From a virus (taxonomy: Duplodnaviria > Caudoviricetes): 64,000 nucleotides of DNA. Numbering within the stretch: position 1 is the stretch's first letter; every line of letters begins with the position of its first letter. Both the position numbers and the translations under genes were made by a program. Under the pieces are notes generated by a model. That model saw nothing but the letters and a program-made list of their open reading frames with translations, was not told the DNA's origin and made no database searches. The stretch lies in the IMG/VR virus record IMGVR_UViG_3300034171_000062, positions 64,001-128,000 of that record; one strand, written 5' to 3'. Of the stretch, positions 56,280-64,000 are shown piece after piece.

Positions 56280-59200
56280 TTAATTGCGACGCAACCTGAG
56301 ACCCGCTGGGGGAATCGTTTTCCGGTCTCCGTCACCCCCAGTCCAATTGCTAGAAGAACGGTCGCTGGCCGTGGTTCCTCGACGTTGACGATCTTCTTCG
56401 TCTTCACGCAACTTCGAGAAATACGCGTCTATGTTCTTTAACGATGTATCCATACTGACTTGGGTTGTGTGACTGGCCGACAGAATCGACGCCACTCGTT
56501 GCATCTCAGACACCATCCGTGTGGACGCCGCCGCTGACTGCACTGCCGTTTGACGGGCAACCTTTTCCTGTTTTACTCGTTGCGATTCAACTCGATCCGT
56601 CGCCTCCTGAGCCCCGGGCGTTTGACGCCCTTGTATCACCGCCGCACTTTCCGCTGCCAGACGCTGTTCCTCCGTCGGGATCTCCGACATAGACACAGGT
56701 CCGGTTGACCGATTAATAGCGCCGGATTGGACGCTGTTTATCGCCACAGCACTGCCGTTAGCGGCCAGCAAGGAGGGCCTCTGCGGTGAACGCATGGGTC
56801 GACCATTTAAGGCTTGCTGAGAAGTCACCGACATGACCTTCTGAGTCTGAGATGGGTTTGGACCGGTGCTGACATCGGGCAATATACTTGGGGTTCTCCC
56901 ATTGGATCGCTCAATCTCAGCCTCAGCGGCTTCGTCCATCTGCTGTCCCTTAGTAGCCGGTGGCAACGTCTTCAATGCTTTAGTCAGTTCCATTTCGACT
57001 TTAGCATCGCCTGGCAGGGCGTCCATATCCTCGAATGGGGAAACACTGCCGTACGGCTTTTGATTGCCTTTGAACTGGGTCCGACGAAGGTAGGTGCGCT
57101 TTAACGCATCGTCCATGTCCTCGGTGTCTGTCAGGTCAGACGAGTCGATCATGTCTTTGGCCACAACTGCGTGACTCAGATAGACCGGCTTGAACCTTTC
57201 TTGAAACCAGGTTAACCACCGACTAACCGCAACTTCGTCGTCGGTATCAACGCCAAAGTCATCGATGGCTTCCTCAAGATCAATTCCGCTACCCAAACTG
57301 GCCAGGCGCTTTCCATCGAATTGAACTTGATCGCCCATGGCTTCTTCGAGACCTGATATTTTCCCAACGTGATCCTTGTTGTCGGGGTCCGCGCCGTATT
57401 GGGCTAAGCGCACTCTGTGTAAGGGCCCGTCTGGCTTCCGCGCAAAGTGTTGGTACGCAAAGTACGCACCGACACCTACAGCTGCTACGGCCGCTCCAGC
57501 CAAAAGCACAGGAGCACTAACTATGCCTGCAATGGCAGTCCCCAGCCCAGCCAAAAGGCCTCCAGCAGCACTGGCGGCTGTTCCAGCAGCTGCCGCAATA
57601 CCCGGTATCGCCGCAGCAGCGGTTGGAATCGCAAAACGAGCAGCGGTTCCTAGGCCACGAATGGCCTTACCTCCCATCGACTTGATGCCCTGAAACATCC
57701 GACCCATCCGACCTCTAGGTCTCCGCCGCGGCCGCGGTCCCCGACGCTCACCGCCGCCGATGTCTATATCGGCGCCCACGTCAAGTCCAAGACCTCCTCC
57801 TTCGCCTTCACCGCCGCCCAGACCAAACATCTTCTTCAACATCCCACCCAGACCGCCTCCGGCAGCCGCCAAGGCCCCTTTACCAGCGATGCCACCCGAT
57901 GGGGCAGGTAATGCCTTAGGGGTGTCTCCGTAGAGCTGTGAGCGCCAGCCGCCTTTACGCAATGGTTTCTTTAAGCGGTCGTCGAGCAGGTCACGGATCT
58001 CCTGTAGCAACTGTGTCTGCTTTTTACCGCCGCCACCGCCGCTTTCGCCCTTCTTCCCAACTCCGGGAATCAAACTTGCCGCGCCTTTCAATACCCGTCC
58101 GGTGGCTTTCCAAGTTCCAGTGACGTATTTGGAAACGCCTTTCACGGTTCCAGTGGCCAACCGTCCTGCTCCTTTCAACAGACCTTTAATCGCCCGACCC
58201 CGATTGTCCGTGAGGCCCAACCGCATGTCTTCTAAGGTCAGTACCACGTTCCCTTGGCGATCCACCACGGCACCATCAATGTCTTTAATGGAGCGAATGA
58301 CTTTCCCAGCGGCCTGAGACAGGTACCCGTTGTTCTTCATCACCACGGCCATCAAACGCGGAGTCTGCTCACCCTTTACATACACGTCTCGGGGTTTGTT
58401 CATCCAGTTCTTACCGATGTCAAGGACCTTCTTTGCCCCGCCGAAAGCCAATCGATACGGCGACGTCATGTAACTGGTCAGGCCTCCAACAACGCTGCCC
58501 AACCGATCCATTACAGACTTTCCTTCGCCGTTGACCAGCAGTCCTTCGTCGATGTCGTATTCGCTGATGACCACATCACCGTTACTATCTACGACGGGTC
58601 CTGTGATTTCATCGAGGCGTTGGACCACGTCTCCCGACTCTTGATCGAAGTAACGACCGGCCCTCAGGTCACGAGCCAACATGGCTGGGCGCTTGTGTCC
58701 CTTGATGTAGATGTCCATGATACCATCGCCTTGCTGTCCCTTTCCTTGGAACATCTTCCCAGCGAGGTTACGCAACATCCCCGTTCCACCGGCGGCCAAG
58801 TTTCCAGCCGACTTCCAGATCCCGCCGTAGAAACTCATGATGCCACCCAAACCACTGGCGGCTCCCCGACCCAATCGTTTCAACATCCCAGGATCGTTAC
58901 TGTCCCCTGCCATCTGAGCCAAGGTCAAGTTTTCCAGGGTTTCTTGCAGCTGTTCGGTCTTGCGGTCCATGTGCGTTAAGATTTCCTGGACCAGCCCACG
59001 AGCCCGAGTCCAATAGTCGTCACCACCGCCTGACTCATCCACGTCGCCTGCTGCCCCGCCCGTTGGGGCAGATTCAACCGTAGTGGCCAATCGGTCACGT
59101 ACCCGATCAACGACCTTGCCAAGGAAGTCCTGACTCAGGGTTGACGTCTGCTCTGTCTTGTCGCTGAGTTGAGTCATCATATCAGCGGACCGAGACCGTA

Positions 59201-62200
59201 CTCTCTCTCCAAGGTCTTGCGTGCGTCCTAACATGTCGCTTAGAGTAGATTGGGTTCGATCGCTGAGGTTTCCTGCCCCGGCCTTTAAGGCAGACAACTT
59301 ACCGCCCACCGAACTTTGAACCGACCCTGCGTCGGGTAACTTGCCTTCAAGGTAGGTCACCACATCGCGAACGGCTTGACTGTAGCGTGGGTCGTTGATG
59401 GCTTCTCGTCCTTGTGGGAGAGAAGATCGAACGTCGTCCGATTCAATCCGATTAGATCGAGTCATGCTGTCACCCAGACTTGACAGTCGGTTCGACAGAT
59501 CGTCACCTACCCCTTGACGGCGATCGGACATGCTGCTGACTGAACTGCGGGTACTTTCTGTAAACTGAGTCCCAAGAGTACCGCTGTCGCCTCCGTTGCC
59601 GGTGAATCCATCACCCGAGGCCATCTGAAGACCGAGACTACCTTCTTGTGCTCGGGTTCTCTGAGTCTCCATCCGTTGGCGATACGCCGCCATGGAAGTC
59701 ACGCCGTTTTCTTTTAACTCGGACATGGACTCCCGTAGCGACCCACTCTGATTACGATTCCACCGTGACTTGCGTTGAGTGGACTGTTGATTGAACTGGG
59801 GGATGGGGCGTGCCCACCGAGACTTAGAGAAGTCTTTTGGTGGACCGTCCTGAGGTCCGGAGGGACCGCCTGAAGGTCCGTCTGGACCACCCAAAGCGTT
59901 GCGCAAGAGTTCGTAGATGTCTTTCAACCACTGCCCGTTCAATTCCAAATGTTTCAAGGGATTGATTTTAGCAATGGCGTCTAGGACATTGGCGAACTGT
60001 CGTCTGGGGTCGACGCTTTGTTGAACATCCACAAATCGTTCCAGAATCCCCACAACTCGATCGAGCCCCCCAGAATCAACGCCAGCGTCGCCACCAGTAC
60101 GGTCACGCCCAGCCGACATATCCGATTGAGTCGTATCTGGGCCGAACGCACGACGTGGGTCAGATACTGCATCGGATGACCCTCCTTCCTCTGAAGTCGG
60201 CGATGGTGACTCGCCTGTATTAATGTAGTCCAAAATGTTGGACACGTTAGCGCGGGTTTCACCGGCCCGGTCTTCTTGCTCTATCAGCCCCGCTTCTCGA
60301 AGGGTTCTGGCGCCGTACAACGGCATCAGTTTCCCTATGGTTTCTTGATAACTGGGGATGTCATCTTTCGCAGAGTTGTACACTCTGGCCGAGGCGTTCC
60401 TAGCCGATGTGGCTTTCGTATCGTGCTTGCGGAACTTGCCGTCTTCCCGCAGGAACCGTCCTTTGATCAGATTCCGAATCGCAACCAGGTCTTCTTCGTC
60501 TTCCACTTCGGACAGACCTTGAGGACTGAAGTAACGTTCCGGATCAAACCGGCGGTTCTTTGAGGCGTCGGTCAACAACTGCCGCGTAAACGCCAGTCGT
60601 GCACTTTCAGGCAATTCGTCCTGGGTGTCAAGTTTATCCACAATCGATGTCAGATCGTCCCGGATGCTGGCCATGCGACCCGCGGGCAAAGTCCGCTCAA
60701 CCAACTTCTTTTGCACCTCGGATTGACGCCGAACTTCCCCAGACTCGTAATCGTACACTCGACGATCCAAGGTAGGGTCCTGAGTCCGCATCATCTCAGT
60801 TTCGTGCAAGAGGTCCGTCAACAGCCCTGGGATGATTTCAGTGATGGACTTATCGGCCAGGCTGGTGTAGACCCCTGCTTCTTCCGCTAAGTCACTGGCG
60901 TCCCGACCATAGGTAGCTTCTGGCGATTGACCTGGCATCAAACCCAAGGCCATTTCTGCTAGAGACGCTTTGATTGAATCGCCTACGGTGGAGGTACCGT
61001 CTTCTCGATACTCTCGGTCTTTGAGATTGGTTAACCAGTCTCGGGCCATTTCCGATTTGTTGTCGGAATAGTACTCCAAGTTGTTACCTAACCGAGACAC
61101 GGACTCGTTCTTCCCAAGTCGCATCCCCAACTTCTTGGCCAAGGCCGACATGCCATTCTCGGCAACCAACCCGCCGGCCACATCGCCGCCCAATTCGGCT
61201 CTGTCGATGGGGACGTCGCTCACCATGTCCAACGTATCGCTGGCACCGCGAACGCCCTCAGCGAAGTTTTGAGTCACCCCACTTAACTTATCTTTCAGTT
61301 TCTGCTGGAAGCCACCGGTTTTCTTTTCAACGAACCCACCGATTCGACCCAACGCCCGCTGGCGCAACATCGATGAGGCCGTCTCCGATGTCCGAATCTT
61401 CAAGAAGTCTGGTAAGGCCGAGTTCTTGGTGATCGCATCCAGTTGCTCATCGGTCTGCTTCACGTAACTTTGAAATAAGCTGTAATGATCCCGTGCAACG
61501 AAGAACTGTCTGTATTGAAGTTCTAAAGATTTGCGTTGATAGGATGCCGTGATACGATCCTGGTAATCTACCAGACGTTCCACGCCTGAGCGCATCATGT
61601 TCAACAGATTGGTTTCGGTGCGGTACCGAGCCTCTCCAGTGGCCTCTTGACGGAGCTTGGTTTGTTCCTCCCGTTGGTCTCGGCGATACTGCAAGTCCAA
61701 CTGCGCGCCTAAAATGTTCCGACCGCGAACCTCGCCCTTTAATCGGGCTTCCTGACTCGACCGGTTGCGTTCCGACTGTTCGGTCATGAAGTCGCCGAAG
61801 ACTTCTTGCACGGCGGCGTTCATGGTTAACTTGTCGCGATCGACCTTTTCCAACACATCAGTGCTGGAGTCTTCCGGCTTCGTCAGCTCTTCAAGTTTCT
61901 TTTGAATGGCTTCCGGAAGGATACTTTCCGTTTTACTGGCGACGTATCGCCCAATTTTCTTCAGGTCCCGCTTAACTGGGACGATGTTTTCCTTGGCCGT
62001 ATCGTATAGCTCTTGACCGAGGTCAACCGACGACAGTGCATCCCCATACGCTTTACCGTAACCTTTGGGAAGCGCCCGATCAATCACTTGCCGGCGAGTA
62101 TTGGAATTCAACGCGGTGCGTTTGACGCCCTCGTAAAAACCGCCGGTTATCCGTTCAATTGGTTTTCTGTCTTTACCAGGATTCCCGTCGAGCATCGAAT

Positions 62201-62270
62201 CATCAAAATCCGGTAGATCGAGCTCGTCGTCCAATTCTGACTTACTGAGATTTGGGTCTTTATCAGCCAT
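56280..62270 (-). CDS. Large tail protein (tape-measure-like, phiKZ gp181-like)
   Basis: About 1996 aa from ATG 62270 (AAGGAG RBS); YQRKSLELQYRQ, KNSALP, SITEIIPGLL, two D(I/V)Y(I/V)KG..P repeats, Ala/Gly TM region, RLAQYG, WFQERFKPVYL; divergent from the RNAP beta' gene. Confidence 0.8.
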   Translation of the reverse strand: MADKDPNLSKSELDDELDLPDFDDSMLDGNPGKDRKPIERITGGFYEGVKRTALNSNTRRQVIDRALPKGYGKAYGDALSSVDLGQELYDTAKENIVPVKRDLKKIGRYVASKTESILPEAIQKKLEELTKPEDSSTDVLEKVDRDKLTMNAAVQEVFGDFMTEQSERNRSSQEARLKGEVRGRNILGAQLDLQYRRDQREEQTKLRQEATGEARYRTETNLLNMMRSGVERLVDYQDRITASYQRKSLELQYRQFFVARDHYSLFQSYVKQTDEQLDAITKNSALPDFLKIRTSETASSMLRQRALGRIGGFVEKKTGGFQQKLKDKLSGVTQNFAEGVRGASDTLDMVSDVPIDRAELGGDVAGGLVAENGMSALAKKLGMRLGKNESVSRLGNNLEYYSDNKSEMARDWLTNLKDREYREDGTSTVGDSIKASLAEMALGLMPGQSPEATYGRDASDLAEEAGVYTSLADKSITEIIPGLLTDLLHETEMMRTQDPTLDRRVYDYESGEVRRQSEVQKKLVERTLPAGRMASIRDDLTSIVDKLDTQDELPESARLAFTRQLLTDASKNRRFDPERYFSPQGLSEVEDEEDLVAIRNLIKGRFLREDGKFRKHDTKATSARNASARVYNSAKDDIPSYQETIGKLMPLYGARTLREAGLIEQEDRAGETRANVSNILDYINTGESPSPTSEEGGSSDAVSDPRRAFGPDTTQSDMSAGRDRTGGDAGVDSGGLDRVVGILERFVDVQQSVDPRRQFANVLDAIAKINPLKHLELNGQWLKDIYELLRNALGGPDGPSGGPSGPQDGPPKDFSKSRWARPIPQFNQQSTQRKSRWNRNQSGSLRESMSELKENGVTSMAAYRQRMETQRTRAQEGSLGLQMASGDGFTGNGGDSGTLGTQFTESTRSSVSSMSDRRQGVGDDLSNRLSSLGDSMTRSNRIESDDVRSSLPQGREAINDPRYSQAVRDVVTYLEGKLPDAGSVQSSVGGKLSALKAGAGNLSDRTQSTLSDMLGRTQDLGERVRSRSADMMTQLSDKTEQTSTLSQDFLGKVVDRVRDRLATTVESAPTGGAAGDVDESGGGDDYWTRARGLVQEILTHMDRKTEQLQETLENLTLAQMAGDSNDPGMLKRLGRGAASGLGGIMSFYGGIWKSAGNLAAGGTGMLRNLAGKMFQGKGQQGDGIMDIYIKGHKRPAMLARDLRAGRYFDQESGDVVQRLDEITGPVVDSNGDVVISEYDIDEGLLVNGEGKSVMDRLGSVVGGLTSYMTSPYRLAFGGAKKVLDIGKNWMNKPRDVYVKGEQTPRLMAVVMKNNGYLSQAAGKVIRSIKDIDGAVVDRQGNVVLTLEDMRLGLTDNRGRAIKGLLKGAGRLATGTVKGVSKYVTGTWKATGRVLKGAASLIPGVGKKGESGGGGGKKQTQLLQEIRDLLDDRLKKPLRKGGWRSQLYGDTPKALPAPSGGIAGKGALAAAGGGLGGMLKKMFGLGGGEGEGGGLGLDVGADIDIGGGERRGPRPRRRPRGRMGRMFQGIKSMGGKAIRGLGTAARFAIPTAAAAIPGIAAAAGTAASAAGGLLAGLGTAIAGIVSAPVLLAGAAVAAVGVGAYFAYQHFARKPDGPLHRVRLAQYGADPDNKDHVGKISGLEEAMGDQVQFDGKRLASLGSGIDLEEAIDDFGVDTDDEVAVSRWLTWFQERFKPVYLSHAVVAKDMIDSSDLTDTEDMDDALKRTYLRRTQFKGNQKPYGSVSPFEDMDALPGDAKVEMELTKALKTLPPATKGQQMDEAAEAEIERSNGRTPSILPDVSTGPNPSQTQKVMSVTSQQALNGRPMRSPQRPSLLAANGSAVAINSVQSGAINRSTGPVSMSEIPTEEQRLAAESAAVIQGRQTPGAQEATDRVESQRVKQEKVARQTAVQSAAASTRMVSEMQRVASILSASHTTQVSMDTSLKNIDAYFSKLREDEEDRQRRGTTASDRSSSNWTGGDGDRKTIPPAGLRLRRN

Positions 62271-62320
62271 GATCCCGCTCCTTTTAACTTGTCTCATAGG
62301 ATTCCGAAGTGGTGACCACG

Positions 62321-63949
62321 ATGGAAGAGAAACGCGCACCGTTTAATATCAAACTTTTAAAGCTAGACCCCTCTCAACTCCGCCTCCTTAAACCTATCTC
62401 CAGTTTGGATCGGTTCGACGGCGCGGGGTCGAGTAACTTTCACGAGTCGGGTTTGTTCTCGACTGAAATCTTTGGGCGAGTCGGAGACGACGCCCGAGAC
62501 AACACCTTTGCCTACATTCCGCTTAAAACCAGTATCTTGCATCCCGTTGTATATCAGCGCCTCGAACGATTGAAGCGATTGTACATTGGCATTCTGTCTG
62601 GGAAAGAATACGCGGTCTGGGACGATGTGAAGAAAGACTTCTTTCGCTCAGACGAGTTGGATGGGGAAACCGGTTACCAGTTCTTTATGGAACATTGGAA
62701 CGATCTGGTGTTCACCAAAGGCGATTCTGAAATCCGTAAACAGCGCGTGGCGTTATTGGATATGTTCCGAGGCGAATCGGTGTTGTCCAACGTGTTGGTT
62801 ATGCCAGCCGGACTTAGAGACGCTGAAATCGACAACCTGGGCCGCACTCGTGAGGATGAAATCAATTCTCACTATCAACGGTTGATTGGGATCTCTAATA
62901 CCATCGCCAAGTCAACCAAGGCGGACAGCGAGGTACTCAACACCCCAAGATACGCGTTGCAGCAAGCGTTCAACTTGGTGTACGAGACTATCGAGAACAT
63001 GCTCTCTGGTAAGAAAGGCTTCTTACAGGATAAGTGGGGCGCCCGGAAGATCTTTGATGGTACTCGAAATGTCATCTCCTCAATGGACATCTCAGCGCCG
63101 GATCTGAACTCGGACAACTACCCAGGACCGGACGACACCGTGATGGGGTTGTGGCAGGTCTCTCGGGGTGCCTTACCGGTGACCATCGCTCGACTGCGCC
63201 AGAATATCCTCAGCAACATTTTTGGGGACGCCGAAGGCAGTGTGCGTCTTGTCGACACTAAGACGTTGGAACCTGAGTTCGTTCAGATATCTCCGCAAAC
63301 GTACGACCGGTGGACCACGACTGAAGGGTTGGAGAAGGTCATCGGAATGCAGTCGATGGTCGGTATCCGGGCTAAACCTGTGTTGGTGGAAGGACGGTAC
63401 TTGACGTTGGTGTACAAACCTAAGGACAGGTTGGTCTTCAAGTTGTTCAACGACATCAACGAATTACCTAAAGGCGCTGAGAAGAAAGACGTGCATCCCA
63501 TCACGTACGAAGAGTTGATCTACTTGTGTAACTATCAAGGATGGAACGACTTGCGGGTGGTCACAACACGGTACCCGGTTACTGGGGAAGGCAGTACGTA
63601 TCCGTCTCGGGTGTTCGTTCGTACTACGGTTAAGACCGAGGCGCGTGTGGAACTGGGGATGGACTGGGAAGAGATGGACGCTGAAGACAATACGGCACAC
63701 GTCTACCCGGTGTTCGATCCCGAGTCCTACATAGATTCGTCTATGGTTCATCCATATCGTCTCAGCGGTTTGAGTGGCGATTACGATGGGGACATGGTGT
63801 CCAACAACATTCTGTACACACAAGAAGCCATCGAAGAAACAGACAACTACCTTAATTCCCCAGGGGCCCACATCGATCCAGCCGGTGGCTTAAGAGCCAG
63901 TGCGGCGATAGATACGACTAATCTCGTAATGTACAACATGACAGGGTAA
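62321..63949 (+). CDS. Virion RNA polymerase beta' subunit (phiKZ gp180-like)
   Basis: GLFSTEIFG, V.PAGLRD, GKKG..R...GTRNVI, TRYPV and catalytic GDYDGD. Confidence 0.92.
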   Translation: MEEKRAPFNIKLLKLDPSQLRLLKPISSLDRFDGAGSSNFHESGLFSTEIFGRVGDDARDNTFAYIPLKTSILHPVVYQRLERLKRLYIGILSGKEYAVWDDVKKDFFRSDELDGETGYQFFMEHWNDLVFTKGDSEIRKQRVALLDMFRGESVLSNVLVMPAGLRDAEIDNLGRTREDEINSHYQRLIGISNTIAKSTKADSEVLNTPRYALQQAFNLVYETIENMLSGKKGFLQDKWGARKIFDGTRNVISSMDISAPDLNSDNYPGPDDTVMGLWQVSRGALPVTIARLRQNILSNIFGDAEGSVRLVDTKTLEPEFVQISPQTYDRWTTTEGLEKVIGMQSMVGIRAKPVLVEGRYLTLVYKPKDRLVFKLFNDINELPKGAEKKDVHPITYEELIYLCNYQGWNDLRVVTTRYPVTGEGSTYPSRVFVRTTVKTEARVELGMDWEEMDAEDNTAHVYPVFDPESYIDSSMVHPYRLSGLSGDYDGDMVSNNILYTQEAIEETDNYLNSPGAHIDPAGGLRASAAIDTTNLVMYNMTG

Positions 63950-64000
63950 TATCCCACCTTGGCTTAAACCGTTCGGAGTGTGTTATGCAACCGTATGCAA

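Noticed and set aside
26-63871. Many antisense or alternative-frame ORFs in the track (e.g. 569-1033, 8140-8718, 20530-21099, 58254-58979)
   Set aside because: They are shadows of well-supported genes, with no motifs or clear RBS.
62321-63949. Intron or intein in the RNAP beta' gene
   Set aside because: The ORF is continuous through the DYDGD motif, with no splicing or homing endonuclease motifs seen.
63985-64000. Start of another gene (ATG CAA CCG TAT GCA) at the right edge
   Set aside because: Only 5 codons are visible, too little to call.

Overview
This 64 kb window looks like part of a phiKZ-like jumbo phage genome (Chimalliviridae-type). The assignment rests on recognised core genes: split virion RNA polymerase subunits (beta C-terminal gp149-like at 48537-49205; beta' gp180-like with the DYDGD motif at 62321-63949), an SbcC/Rad50 ATPase, RNase H, a UvsX/RecA-like protein, a PAAR protein next to a central spike, a ~2000-aa gp181-like tail protein, and several NPHxVTKxQVGL-repeat tail fibres. 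The standout is a ~15.7 kb minus-strand, mostly translationally coupled cluster (16770->1108) lying between tail-fibre genes. It encodes a JmjC/cupin oxygenase, six radical SAM enzymes with SPASM-like Cys tails, a 185-aa protein ending in CHAQCHDSCHNSRGRR (the candidate substrate), four unknown proteins, two tandem 2OG-Fe(II)-type oxygenases, a FabF/FabB-type ketosynthase and four tandem membrane fatty-acid desaturases. I infer a phage-encoded RiPP-like system that modifies a protein, probably of the virion, alongside a lipid-tailoring module. One rSAM gene appears to start at a non-canonical ATT codon behind a hairpin that can mask its Shine-Dalgarno. Other notes: a spike fused to peptidase M15, three dispersed PKD/DUF285 (BspA-like) paralogs, tandem NADAR genes, and a recurring hairpin+TTATGCCG element. 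All family calls come from reading motifs by eye; no searches were run.
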